A stretch of DNA of 64,000 nt, from the NCBI RefSeq assembly GCF_006345805.1, contig NC_042999.1:61876001-61940000 (forward strand), in the 5' to 3' direction. Positions 11,847-25,829 of the stretch are shown here, one piece after another. Under the pieces are notes generated by a model. The model searched no databases. It was not told where the DNA came from and was given only the letters and a program-made list of their open reading frames with translations. Numbering within the stretch: the first letter of the stretch is position 1; every line of letters begins with the position of its first letter. Source of the stretch: Octopus sinensis. Taxonomy: Eukaryota. The position numbers and the translations under genes were made by a program.

Positions 11847-13151
11847 TGTGTGTAATACTGAGCTCCACATTCTACCAACATCCGAACGCTTCTGCGTTAG
11901 TTATTCACTTGGCCTAACATATCGATTAATATGACAGCGATCCAACGAGCCAACGGGCCAACGTGATAGCATTTGCGAAGTCATTTGACTTGCTAGAAAT
12001 AATTGTCAAATCTCCCTTCTACCTTAGAAAGAAGTGTCACCCTGGATACTGGAATTTTAAATATATTACGTATGGAGAAAAAAGGAAGTGACTTCCATTA
12101 CTGAAATGGTCCACTCGATCATCTTTCGCTTGATATTAAACAACAGAAGCAGCTACAAAAACAACAGCAACAACGCGACTACAGTCTGGGTTTTTTTTAT
12201 TTTTTAGATAGTTTGAAACAATATATTTATTCAACATCTCAGATCGATTATGAACAAGAGCAAACGTTGAAGAGCAAGCATTGGTAACTTCAGCAACGAC
12301 AGCGGTAGCAACAGTAACACTTGCAAAAACAGCAATAACAAGAAAACAAAGTCATTAACAGTAGCAGTAATAGAGGAAAAGTACGACGCAGCCATAAGTG
12401 AAGTAGTATCTTGTACTGTCGACATTTTAAACAGCCATTCACAATCTGAATATGCAGATTTGGTGAAACAGATCAGCACGCTATAAATATGGAAGGCAAA
12501 TCTACTTACACCTAGTAAACCCGCAATAAATCAGTCTTGTGAATCTACAGTAAATATGTCTACACTTTGAAAATTGGTGAAATATTTGTTTTCTAAGGTA
12601 ATTTGATTTTCATTAATTTTGTAAACTGAATTTGATCTGTAGTTCAGATTTGAAGCTAAAACAGTACTTTCTAACATTTTAAGGGCGACTGAACGTCTCT
12701 TATTCGCACCAATTAGCAATAATGTTCTTTAATTACCATATAAAAGATTGATTCCTTGCATAGGCTCAAAGCTGCAAATCTTTTAGAAGGGGAAATGAGA
12801 TGTAACGCTTATATTTTTCCGATATGCATTATCAAGTGAAATAGAGACGATTATAACTAAGAATAGAAACGAGGCTGCAACCCCGGTTCACCGGGATCAT
12901 ATTTAGGACTGCACTCATCATCACTATCATGAATAATATTAGTGTCTTAGTTCAAGGTGGCCGACTATACAGAGACTAGAAATCGCAATCAAATCTCCTT
13001 CAAATCACACCCTGATGCTCTAGAAGCATTGCTGAGTTTAACCATGTTCGCTCCACATCCATGTAATTCCCGGTTCTATCCCATTACGTGGCACTTTGGG
13101 CAAGAGGCATTTGACCCACAGATTATGACTGAGAGTCTTTGAATGTCACTC

Positions 13152-13227
<76 letters not shown>

Positions 13228-13540
13228 ACGCGCGCGCGTGTGTGTGTGTGTGAGTGTGTGTACACAGTCGTTTAGTTAGAGCAAAACGCAATGTCCATGG
13301 CCTCATTATTTACAGATTCATCGTGAAAGAGAATTTTAGGAAGATAAAGACCTGAAAATATAATATGCTAGTCATAAACGAACAGCCTTTGATTAGAGGT
13401 CGGTTAAGTCTGGACTGACCTGAAATTAATCACCAGTACTACAGCAGAACATATTTCACTATATATATATATAAGCTCGATATTTGAGAGGAAAGAAATA
13501 TTGACGTGTAGACAATCATGCTTTCTCCTGGAGCATACTA

Positions 13541-14150
13541 TCTACTATAGGCACGCGGCCTAAACTTCAGGAGAAGGGACTAGTCAATTATATCGACCCA
13601 GTTCCCAAATGGTATTTATTTTATCGATCTCGGAAGGATGTAAGGCAAAGTCGACCTCGGCAACAATTGAACTCAGAGCGTAAAGACGTAAGAAACACCG
13701 CCAAACATTTTTATCACGCATGCTAACGATTCTTTTTTTTTTTACTGCCCACAGAGACTACACACAGAGGGGACAAACAAGGACAGACAAGCGGATTAAG
13801 TCAATTACATCGATCCCAGTGCGTAAATGGTACTTATTTAATCAACCCCGAAAGGATGAAAGGCATAGTCGACCTCGGCGGAATTTGAACTCAGAACGTA
13901 GCGGCAGACAAAATACCTATTTCTTTATTGCCCACAAGGGGATAAACATAGAGGGGACAAACTACGACAGACAAACGGATTAAGCCGATTGCATCGACTC
14001 CAGTGCGTAACTGGTACTTAATTTATCGACCCTGAAAGGATGAAAGGCAAAATCGATCTCGGCAGAATTTGAACTCAGAACGTAACGGCAGACGAAATAC
14101 GTCTACGCATTTCGCCCGGCGTGTTAACGTTTCTGCCAGCTCGCTGCCTT
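13541..14150 (-). mobile_element. SINE-A tandem array (three units)
   Basis: Reverse complements of SINE-A at 13541-13732, 13741-13918 and 13919-14150. Confidence 0.85.
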
Positions 14151-14656
14151 TTCCTCTAGCAACATTTGCAAGGTAATTGAAATGAAATGAGTATAAGTGA
14201 ATTCAAATCTTGGCTTAAAGAGTTATTCCTCTTACCACGGTCCTCACTCTGCTGTATCTACGGAATATTAATGAAAAATAATTAAATATTCAATCAGACC
14301 CAAAATAGCTGTTTAACATTTTGGGTTAGTTTACACACATTATGAGAACTTTACTTCACTATTTAAATTAATCATAAGCTAGTCAAATAAAAAAAGATTG
14401 CATTCTAATAACACTAAGCACACAATTTTAAGTTGAACTTCGTACAACTGTCTTTGAGCTTTATTCGTTTCAAAGTTTAATCAATATAGTCATTATGCTG
14501 ATAACAAACAACAGTGGTAAATTCATAAAAGTCACTAAAGTTAAATTACATATTGGTGGTCACGAATATTAAATTTTGAGATTGTTCAGAGAAAATATAC
14601 AGTAATACGATAAAATACAGGATATGAAGTTCTGTGTCAACACAAATTTATACCGT

Positions 14657-15035
14657 TAGGCAGAGTAGGTGTGTGGTTAAGAAGTTTGCTTCCCAACCAC
14701 ATGGCTGCAAGCTCAGTCCCACCACGTAGTACCTTGGATAAGTGCCTTCTACTACAGACTTGGGTCGACAATAGCCTTGTGGGTGGATTTGGAAGACGAA
14801 GTCTGAAAGAAACTCGTTTTTTGTGTGTGTCCTGCTACCACCGCTTGACAACCTGTGACGATTTGATTACATACCCGTAGTATAACGACTCGGCATACGA
14901 GACAGAATAAGTGCCAGCTTTAAAGTAAGTACTGGGGGCGGGGAGGTTTGTTCGACCAAATGCTTCGATACGGTGCCCCAGCGTGGCCGCAGTCCACTTA
15001 CTGAAACAATTAAACGACAAAAGGTTAAAGATGTG
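14657..15035 (+). mobile_element. SINE-B variant with alternative 3' half
   Basis: Head GTGTGTGGTTAAGAAGTTTGCTTCCCAACCACATGG..CAGTCCCAC; tail diverges from the standard SINE-B. Confidence 0.7.
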
Positions 15036-15094
15036 CATCAATACAGTATAATACAAATTACAAGGCTCTGAGTCAGCAAAAATACATACATGTA

Positions 15095-15240
15095 CATACC
15101 AAAGACAAGATGGCGAGATGATCTCACCCGCAACCTGTGGCCTACATGGTCAGCACTGGCCAGAGATAGGTAGAGGTGGAAGGAGTTCAGGGAGGAGCTT
15201 CTCCTTCAGGAGTGATGAAGCCCTGGATGAGACAGCAATA
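15095..15240 (+). pseudogene. RTE-like LINE C-terminal remnant
   Basis: PKTRWRDDLTRNLWPTWSALARDR*RWKEFREELLLQE* resembles the RTE C-terminal RP.TRW.D..W...A.DR..W pattern. Confidence 0.55.
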
Positions 15241-15249
15241 CGGTAAATT

Positions 15250-15660
15250 AGGGGGCGGTTCAGTGTTAGGAAAGAATATACCAACAGGATAGTTTGTATA
15301 AGACCTCAGTAAGTTGATTTACTTCGAGGAGTGAATCAATTGCTCTTCTTCAAGAATGACATATAGAAATATTATCTTCTAGGTTGCCAGGCTGCGAATG
15401 AGAACATGGGAGAACTAGAGAGTAAAGAAGTGAGGTATGGGAAGCGGGGTAGAGTTCAAAAAGATTGTGGTGGGGGGGCGAATAGGAATGAGTGTAGAGT
15501 AGATGCTATGTGATGGAGAGAAAGTAAAGCGTTATGAACGGGGAGATCACGGTTTGGGGAGAGAGAGTGAGGGCTGTCAGTCAGGTGATGTTGGAGACAA
15601 GCGAGAATACATGGGAGTGGGGGAAGGGGCGATGGACAAAAGGATATTTACACAATAACT
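15250..15660 (-). pseudogene. Highly degenerate retroelement relic, possibly Penelope-like
   Basis: Pyrimidine-rich minus strand with weak resemblance to the PLE RT/GIY-YIG linker; no intact motif. Confidence 0.3.
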
Positions 15661-16116
15661 GAGGCATTTGCAAAAGCAAGGCGGTGGCGGTGGCGGTGGT
15701 GGTGGCGGCGGCGGTGGTGGTGGTGGTGGTGGTGGTGGTGGTAGTTGATAAATGAAAAAAAAGAATATGAGAGGAATCTGTGGGGAATGGTCAGCAAATA
15801 AAGAATTAAAGGGTCAAAAGGGAAATAAAGAAATGAAAATCAATTATCTGTAAGGATTGTACGAAAAATTATGAAAGATGCAAAGGCAAGAGAAGGGAGG
15901 CAGAAATTCATAAAATGTGAGAGCGAATGTACGTGACAGAGTGTGTGAGCGCGCAGGAGCGAGTGCATGTGAGCATGTGCGTGACGAGGAGGTGCGAATG
16001 GAGGGAAGCGTTGAAATAGTAAAACTAGACTAAACATACTAACATTGCACAGACAACATATGCGCAGTTTGAGCGGGAATAGCTCACGATATTTATGATC
16101 GGTCGATATGTATGCA

Positions 16117-16434
<318 letters not shown>

Positions 16435-16514
16435 GTGCTTCTTTATTAGCCACACAGGGCTGAACACAGAGGGGACAAAAGCCACGGAAAGGAATCAACA
16501 GATTCTCGTCCCGG

Positions 16515-17452
16515 TTGACCTGGACCCTCGGAAAGGAACCTTCGCTTTTTAAAGAGAATTGTGGAAAACGAACCCCGTTCGAATACTTCTGACATTGCAA
16601 AACAGCTGGAAGTTAATCCAAGAACGTGTTACATATTTGCATAAGCTTCGGTATTATGGACGAGCAGCTAGAAAAAACAGCTTTCCTTCAACCAGTTAAC
16701 ATCATGAAAAGAAAGAACTGAGCTAAGGAGATGTCAGAAAAATCCAGTTCATTTTGGGATAGAGTGATTTTCTCAGATGAATCCAGATTTGCATTATTTT
16801 CAGACAGTGGATGTTTGGGTCTTGAAGCTTCCCAATCAAGAATTTGATTTGAAACGACTCCAACCAACTGTGAAACATGGCGGTATCTCTGTAATGGTAT
16901 GGGGAGCTGTCAACAGCAATGGTCGTTTCGAGCTGATCGAAATGTGTTGGAACCATAAACTCTGAAAAATACATCGAATTACTTAAGCAAGGACTACTTC
17001 CGATGTATTTGCACGATAGCATAACGAAAAATGAGTTTTTATTCGTGGAAGATGAGACTCCATGCCACACAGCGAAAAGGAATCAACAATGGCTAACTGA
17101 AAATGGGATCAAAAAGCTTCCTTGGTCGAGCCAATCTCCTGACATGAACCCAGTTGAAAATCTTTGGAGCATACTAGATAGGGCTATACGAAAACCTCGA
17201 CAGAAACCTAAATCAAAAGATGAATCGTTTCGAGTGTTGCGTGAAAAGTGGGCAGAAGTTCCACAAGAGACAAACACAAAGCTCATCAGTTCAATGCCAA
17301 AACGAGTTTCTAAATTAAATCTGCAAAGGAATTTCAACGAAATACCAAAGTATGTAGTCCTACCTATCGATTACATTTCAGTTGTTTGCTTTGCATATTA
17401 AATAAAAGATTTTGAAAATTAAAGGTGTCAATTTACTTCCTGCATGTCTGTG
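16515..17452 (+). mobile_element. Tc1-family transposon relic (DD34E transposase, frameshifted; 5' end lost)
   Basis: WDRVIFSDESRF; PTVKHGGISVMVWG; FVEDETPCHTAK; WSSQSPDMNPVENLW; SMPKRV; putative right end ..CTTCCTGCATGTCTGTG followed by TA. Confidence 0.85.
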
Positions 17453-18456
17453 TATATGAAAACTAATGTGTGAAACGGAGACAAATTTGAGATTTTTACT
17501 TTTTTTTTTCACTAAAATGAATTGCGACTAGTTACGCTCGTTGTGAATGGTAATTGTCTCCTACGTTACTTCCCGATGAAAAATGGGTACAAGAATTGAA
17601 GATCTTAGCTTGATAACTTGAGTGTTTTGTTCTTGTTGTTGTTTCTCTTTTTTCATTTATTTCTACATCTCACAGTTACGTGCTTTTATGTCGCTTCTCA
17701 AGATAAAGAACCGTAAAGAGACTTTACCCGACATTAAACACATTGAATGAAGCTTAAATCGATGAGGCATATAAATTCTGAACCAGATCATTTACATTTA
17801 TTACCACTTACGCTTGCACTATAGGATTTCAAAATAAAATATTCTAATATTCTTCTGTAATTCTATAGGGACAGATACACTAACGATACATTTTCATGCG
17901 TGTCACGAGAAAAGGTATTTATTTTATATGCACATTTATTTACATATAAATCCCTAAACAGTTTAAATACCACATTGTTTCCTAAAAATAAAACGTTTAT
18001 GTGAGAAACTTGACACTCGACCAAAATACACCATGTGATTCCTATAAAACGCTAAATCTGAAATGGATAAAATTCTTAGACTATAATACGGCTCTTAGAC
18101 AAGCTCTTAAAATAGTTAATATATGCCGCTTTGTGGTCTTAATGTCCAGTCTTTGGAAGCAAATTTCTAGTTGAAGATGTATATAGCTGCCATGGATATC
18201 ATTAACCACACTTTGGCAATTTTATTCAGTTCTTTTATAGTTCTTTTTTATTTCCTCTATGTTGGAAAGAAAACGATATCATATTTGATAACGTCTGAAA
18301 CAGTGGAATCTGAATCCATCTGCTAACTTATTACTCTCTTTTCAAACATACCACAACCAGGTAAGCTAACTAGAGAATTTCTATGCACTAGATATAGCAG
18401 CCAAATCTACCGCTAATTACCTCCTACTGTATTAAATAAAATATACATTGTACAAA

Positions 18457-19053
18457 GGCGGCGAGCTGGCAGAAACGTTAGCACGCCGGGCGAAATGCGT
18501 AGCCGTATTTCGTCTGCCGTTACGTTCTGAGTTCAAATTCCGCCGAGGTCGACTTTGCCTTTCATCCTTTCGGGGTCGATAAATTAAGTACCAGTTACGC
18601 ACTGGGGTCGATATAATCGATTTAATCCGTTTGTTTGTCCTTGTTTGTCCCCTCTGTGTTTAGCCCCTTGTGGGCAATAAAGAAATAGGTATTTCGTCTG
18701 CCGTTATGTTCTGAGTTCAAATTCCACCGAGGTCGACTTTGCGTTCATCTTTTCGGGGTCGATAAATTAAGTACCAGTTACGCACTGGGGTTGATATAAT
18801 CGACTAAATCCGTTTGTTTGTCCTTGTTTGTCCCCTCTATGTTTAGCCCCTTATGGGTAGTAAAGAAATGTGTTTATGTCTGCCGTTACGTTCTGAGTTC
18901 AAATTTCTCCGAGGTCGACTTTGCCTTTCATTCTTTCGGGGTCGATTAAATAAGTACCAGTTAATCACTGGGGTCGATGTAATCGACTTAATCCGTTTGT
19001 TTGTCCTTGTTTGTCCCCTCTATGTTTATCCCCTTGTGGGCAATAAAGAAATA
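18457..19053 (+). mobile_element. SINE-A tandem trimer (one full unit and two 5'-truncated units)
   Basis: Units at ~18457-18687, ~18689-18867 and ~18875-19053, each ending (A/G)TAAAGAAAT. Confidence 0.9.
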
Positions 19054-19264
19054 AATAAAATATATATTGTATAATGCAGCCTTACAAATATAAAAAGACA
19101 GATCGACTATGACTGGAACGCCTTTGACCATAGATCTCTTCTATCGGGGCTTACTTTGGGTTAAGCAACAAAAACAAAACAACAGACCCTTTCTCTATGA
19201 TGTGAGTGTTAGGAGAATAAACAGATCAAATATCAATGCGCTCCACTTGTGGAGTATCTACTAC

Positions 19265-19500
19265 AATGGTTCTCAAACTTTTCAGACTGCTGCCCCCTTG
19301 GTTCCCTGGCCATATTCTCATCCCACGCACAGACACTAACAACACATGCACACACACACAAACGTTCACCTCCTTCTACTGCAAATTCGAAACAACTATA
19401 TTTCTCTAATAAAAATTAACCTGATAAACCCATTAGTTTGCCATTTTTGCAATATGGAAGAATAAATTTGGGTCCCCCCTGTAACTACTTTGTTTTCGTC
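19265..19500. mobile_element. hAT-like MITE relic
   Basis: CAATGGTTCTCAAACTTTT resembles the hAT/Charlie terminus CAGTGGTTCTCAAACTT; other end not clear. Confidence 0.35.
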
Positions 19501-20889
19501 ATTTCAATAGAACGGATGTACTTGGTACAGGTATATCGGCTTCCCAACATCATGCTGATAGGTACCAAATAAATTCCAGAGATATTATTAGCCTGTTTCT
19601 TGATTTAGAAACTGAATAACTGCACTGAAACGCCGCTCTACTAAATATGTATTTGCGAACGCAATAAAGTAATACTTTGTTCCACAGTGCACAGTAACAG
19701 TCAGAAATGCCCTTCGGTAACCCAAAATCCTGATATGGCCTCATCTGAATGTATTTTAAAATAGAAACCAGTTCTTTCCCCGATATTCTTGTTTCCTGGT
19801 GGTTGGTATATGTGAATGGATTGATCATCCAGACTGGTATTTTAAGCAATAAAGACAAGAAAAAAAAAACAGAAAATATCCTGCAGTGTGTAGCTCGTCC
19901 AGATGTGAACAATAGACTTAAACGTTATCTTCTGCTACGCTCTCTTCCTTCTCCAGTTCAGGGAGGCTCGGAAACTGGAAGACTTCCCCGCGACTGAACC
20001 TGTAACCATGTAGTTACAAAGCGAGCTTTTTAACTACACAGTCACACCTGCACTAATATCATAAGTACATATATATGTTTGTGTACGCGCGCGCGAGTGT
20101 GTTTATGTGCGTGTGAGTGTATCGCTGTACAACGGTATCGACTAGATTATATATCGCTGGTCACAGTGCCGTTTCTATCTCCTTCTTGACTGCACCATTC
20201 TTTTCCATTTTGAACCAAATCACTTAACTAAATCGTTATCCTATCGTCATAAAGGCCTTCCAGTGACCTTTTTCCCTACAATGTAGTTATGATTATGAAT
20301 GACATTATTGTCTGTACTATATACTCATGATCACGTGATGGATGCTTTAGTTCGCAGTGTCGTTATGGCCATAAAATAGATCTCATACCCTTTACAAAGC
20401 TGGTTGGTATAGTCTGCACTATGTAGTTGTGATCAGGGAATATTAATACTTTGTTGTAGAGAGCCAGACGTAGATGTTTTGCATTTAGACCTTGTAATTT
20501 AACAGTATTTAAGTGATACCTGACAATGAACAGCAGTTGGAGGTACATCTTGAGTATCATTATTATGTTTAAAGTAAGGTGTTATAAGGTGTTACGTTTA
20601 AGAGGAGTCGTATACGAAATATTTACATCTTGCTATATTTAACAGAAGTTAAGTGTTACAAACTTACACTATATTTAACAGCTGTTGGAGGTTATAAATG
20701 TATGTCTTTGGTATCCTTATATTTAATGGAAGGTGCTATAAGATATATTTAAAAGGGGTTGGATGGTCTTATATTTATGGAGAGTTTGTTGTCATAATAT
20801 AAATCTACACTATATTTTATTACTCCTCATCAAATTTTGTTTTGATATCAACATCTGTTCTAAGAGTTTAATCTTACTTCCCTCTCTCT

Positions 20890-20928
<39 letters not shown>

Positions 20929-21535
20929 CAAATATTTCTGTGTCCTTTCTCTCAGTATAGTAGTATTTGAGGTGTTATCGTTAAAACCTGTACAGTACTT
21001 ATACCTATTAGCTCTTCAGTTATATTACTGTACCTTATTCTTATTGCTGTTTACACATCAACCCTTATAAAATTGTTGTTTATGTTCCTTTTATTAATGT
21101 TTCTCTTTTGCTTGTATATATCTATAGTTTTATAGTTGCTATAACAGTCGTCTGCTATCTATCTTTTCACTCTCTTCAACAAATATTTTCTCTGCTATTG
21201 TTCTGCATTAATATTATGCGTTATTTTGATTAACTCACATATATTTTCTTCAGTTTTTGTTCAACATCATTATCAGTGGGTTCCCTATTGTGTAACGACG
21301 AGCATTAGGTATCGCAATGAAGAATACAATGATTCCAGGGTATATTACACTTGCTTTAATAAATATCAACGCAGTCTGATTTATGACTTTAATATGGAGT
21401 CAAAAGAAGAAAAAAAAACGGTGTGAACCGAGAAAAGAAACAAAAATTCCTTAAACATTTGAAGTATTATAATCTTAGTTTTATAAAACTGGTTTTCTTA
21501 TCGAAACGTCAACGTAGTTTTTGTAGCACAACCTG

Positions 21536-21600
<65 letters not shown>

Positions 21601-21978
21601 TTGTGTGCGTGTGTGTGTGTGTGTGTGTGCGTGTGTGTGTGTGCGCGTGTGTGTGTGTGTGTGTGTGAGTGGTTGTAAATATGCTTGGTGTTTGTTGATA
21701 TGTTTTCGTTGTTGTGGTGGATGCGTTTTCATGGTGGTGAAATGTAAACATTTATATTCACTCCATGTCTAATTCATTATTAAAGCCAGACTTTAATAGG
21801 AAAATCCGGCAATTTTACGCCAGTTTCTTTTACATTATTGTCATTTCCCGCGCTCCATGTGTTAGGATTTTAAAGTTTGGAACAAGTCTAATTCAGAAAT
21901 GCTTTCTGAGACTAAAAACAAAATTAAGTTCATCCAAAAGATTTTTCCACAAGTGAACTGGAGTTGTGATATATATCA

Positions 21979-22775
21979 TCTCTCTATATATAAACGGCAG
22001 TTTGTCTGTCTGTGTGTCTGTGTGTCTGTCAGGTTGTACCCTCACCCTGACCACGGCTTTCAACCGATTCTGATGAAACTTGACACACACATAGCCCAAT
22101 GTCATAATTCAAAACTAACGCAGCGAAAATTTTGAAAAGTTCCCCCAGTTCTGAAAACAATCGATGAATTCGACATGGGTCGAGAATCTAAGCTTTTTAT
22201 ATGCAACACATTTTTTGTTGTAGTTTTCGCAACTTGCAATCGATTTTCACCAAATTCATGGTGAAGCTTAATGTTACCCTAAGAAACTTAATTCTGATGT
22301 TAGTTTTCCATGCAATACCTGACCATCTGAAAAAATCGATAAAATCATGCCATTTTGGGAAATCGCGTTCAAATTCAAGATGACATCTTTTCGACAATAT
22401 CTTTCACAAATTGGCAGGAATTTTTTTTTTTATTCACAGCGAGCATCATGTCTGCTCCAAGGAGCTATATTGCCCTTTTTATTCCAATAGGATACTTTAT
22501 TACTGGAAAAAATCGGTTAATTAAATCATATGTGGCACACATAGCGAACCGATTTGTGTATTAAACACAAACTGTCTAGGAGACACAACTCGACCTTTTA
22601 ATCGCCCAAAGGGACAGCTAGGAACATTCGTATACACAGAAGTATTCGAGTGAAGAGAAGACATTGCAACCTACACATGCGCCTTCGTTCCCTAGAGGGA
22701 AAGGACTAGATTGGGATTAGTCGTTGCCTACTAGGGGCTCTTACATACCCGGGCAACGCTGGGCTATGCTGCTAG
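21979..22775 (+). mobile_element. Non-autonomous Helitron-like element
   Basis: A|TCTCTCTATATATAAA 5' end; internal (GTCT/GT)n; 3' hairpin CCCGGGCAACGCTGGG then CTAG|T (22772-22776). Confidence 0.8.
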
Positions 22776-22884
22776 TGAAAGATAAAAGCTTGTGAGGATG
22801 TATCTGTAAGATCTGCACCATGAGAGATCTCATTTTATGATCCTAAGTCATTTTTGAAATTATTAGAACAGCTGTTTGGTCTTA

Positions 22885-23154
22885 TATACTCTTTACTCTC
22901 TTTTACTGTTTCAGTAATTTCAGTAATCACTTGTTTCAGTAATTTGACTGTGGCCATGCTGGAGCACCACCTTTAGTCGAGCAAACACCCCAGGACTTAT
23001 TCTTTGTAAGCTTAGTACTTATTCTATCGGTCTCTTTTGCCGAACCGCTAAGTTATGGGGACGTAAACACACCAGCATCGGTTGTCAAGCGATGTTGGGC
23101 GGGCAAACACAGATACACAAGCATATAGACACAGACATACGCACATACACACAA

Positions 23155-23222
<68 letters not shown>

Positions 23223-23393
23223 TTATATACGACGGGCTTTTTTCAGTTTCCGTCTACCAAATCTACTCACAAGGCTTTGGTCCGCCCGAGGCTATAGTAG
23301 AAGACACTTGCCCAAACCTGGAACCATATGGTTGGTAAGCAAGCTACTTACCACATACCCACTCCTACGCCTATATATATATATATATATATA
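22885..23393 (-). mobile_element. SINE-B copy with internal (CA)n(TA)n
   Basis: Full consensus body; head CCATATGGTTGGTAAGCAAGCTACTTACC..ACTCCTACGCC. Confidence 0.9.
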
Positions 23394-23509
23394 TATATCA
23401 CAATATAATAATATCAGAATTTGGCACAAGGCCAACAAGTTCGGTTTAGGGGGCTAATTGGTTACATCAAGCCCAGTGCTGAACTAGTACTTATTTTATC
23501 ACTTAGATA

Positions 23510-24078
23510 CGTATATATTTCACATATAAATTATCGAAGTTTGGGCCTGATCGCGCCATATTTTTCTTTCTGTTTTTACAGTGTAAGCATGGCAGGTCCA
23601 CTAGCAATGTACGCCAAAGAAGAACAAAGAGCAGTGATCCGATTTCTCTGGAAAAGGGGTGGACGATCAACAGTGCAAGATACAGTGCTTTCCTGGCCAA
23701 CAAACGCCGAACCCTAATGACAATGCACGACCGCACATGCTCACCCAGAGCGTTGAAACCATTTACCAATTGGGTTCTGAGGTGCTGGAACAGCTTGCCT
23801 ACAGCCCTGATCTCGCCCCTTCCGACGATCATATCTTTGGACTGCTCGTCGATTTCCTACGGTTGAAGATGTGAAGGAAGCGGTGCACAAATAGTTGCAC
23901 GGCCAAACGAAAATCTTTCTTCTTAGAGGGAATACGCAAGCTGTGGACTGCTGGACCAAGTGCATCGAAAAAGAAGGAGACTATAGAAAAATTACATACT
24001 TGTTTATCGTTTATCCCCTGCTTTTGTGTAACTACATTGAAAAAACAAGAGTGCATATAATTATTGACTCTCCCTCGT
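23510..24078 (+). mobile_element. mariner relic (irritans-like), internally deleted
   Basis: KEEQRAVIRFLW; DNARPH; YSPDLAPSDDHIFG; WTKCIEKEGDY; right TIR-like ATAATTATTGACTCTCCCTCGTA. Confidence 0.75.
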
Positions 24079-24614
24079 ACGTAAATGCAAATACGTATAC
24101 CTATTTAATATACAAATTTAAATATACATCCATTCACTTATAGAGAGATATGGATACATATGTGCACATTTACTACACATACCAGTATATATATATATAT
24201 ATATACAGACACATACGCATGGGCATACACATACGTACAAATACATATATGTGCATATAGATAAAATAACAAATATGTATACTAGCTTCTATAGAAGTAT
24301 AGGGATATGAACGTATAACCGGTCCATAATGCCAACTAAATTATAAAAGTAAATTTAATGAATCATGTATTATAATAAAACAGAAATAATATCTAAAATA
24401 GAGGCAAACGGAAGTACATAGAGGTTTCGAGGTGTAGAATTACAGAATCACGCGGTCATTAGGGAGAAGCAACCTCAATGATATGTAGAAATTGTTCAGG
24501 CATTAAATATGGGTATAATAGACTGGAATGTTATGCATCATTGGATAAAAAGTATTTTCTGAAATAGCAGTAGATCTGAATATGGCCTAATACAATATCT
24601 ATTACCAGGCTGAT

Positions 24615-25250
24615 ACCAAATTATGGTTAACCAGCGTAGAGAATTATTTATTTGTATTGATCTAAGTTATAATGTTCGTTAGTGTAGACTTAATAATTAA
24701 GTGTAAGGTTAGGTATAGTTAGCGCATAGGAGCGATTTTTATTTAAAGTGCTATCATCAATGGGTAAAAAGTACTTTTACAAATAGTAAATTATCTGAAT
24801 ATTTTATATGTTATCTATCACTAATGTGCGAACACACTATGGTTAACAAGGTAGGGACTTATTCAATAATATTTTTCTAGGTAGGAGAATATTTGATTAA
24901 GGTCAAATACATTATTTAATACGAAGGTTAGACCAAATTATGGTTCACCGAAGTAGGGAATTATTCAGTTGTATTGATATAGGTTACAAAGTTTATTAGT
25001 GTAAATGTAATAGTTAAGTGTAAGTTTAGATGTAGCTAAAATACACGAGAGATTAATATAAAAGTGCTGGCATTAATAGGTAATAACTATTTTTACAAAT
25101 TGCTGAATATCAGAATATAGTATAACACATTTATTACTAAGGTGAGACCAAATTATGGTTAATAAAGGTACTGAATTATTCAATTGCATTGATTTAGGTC
25201 GTAAGGTGTATTAGTGTAGATTTAATAAATAAATGTAAGGTTAGGTATAA
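24615..25250. repeat. Diverged ~215-bp tandem repeat
   Basis: Unit starts ACCAAATTATGGTT at 24615, 24831 (degenerate), 24932 and 25147; spacings 216, 101 and 215. Confidence 0.75.
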
Positions 25251-25829
25251 AAAAAACCTTTATTATGATCATAAAAATCGATACAAAGAAAGGACACTAC
25301 AAAACAAAACACAATTACAAAAAAGTTATGTAGTTCGTATGATATTTAAAAATTTAGAATAATAAATATAATACTAGACTTTAAATTTATCCTTTTTTTT
25401 TAAATTAGCCGGGTAAGTATAGAACAGTACAGAGTTTTATCCGGCAGCCTGAAAGCCCAGCAACTATTTTCTCCTTTCATTAGGAATGGTTTGTATTTAA
25501 AGTACCAGAATCTTACAATCAATTCATCTGCTGGTTAATAATATTCGATTTAATTTCATTAATATGGAACGCCTCAGATACAAAGTCCACACAAGCAATC
25601 GCTACCTTCATATGGTTGTATATTACATCCAAGAGAACAAACCATTTTAAATTCAATGCCAATATCAGTGAGAGAATGTACAAATTTAGCTAGAGATGTA
25701 CTATTAACCTTTTCTTTATGCCTAAATGTAGATTTGAACAGAGCATGAACTTTCATGTGGGGCCTAGTAAGAAATTTCTTCAGTTCAAATGGTCCTTGAA
25801 TAAGGCTTCTTTAAGGATGTTGAATAAAA

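Noticed and set aside
12871-12906. CCCGG-TTCA-CCGGG hairpin followed by TTAG as a Helitron 3' end
   Set aside because: The terminal CTAG is missing and no matching 5' TC end was found.
18300-18370. Strong donor CAG|GTAAGC at 18361
   Set aside because: No convincing upstream acceptor or open exon.
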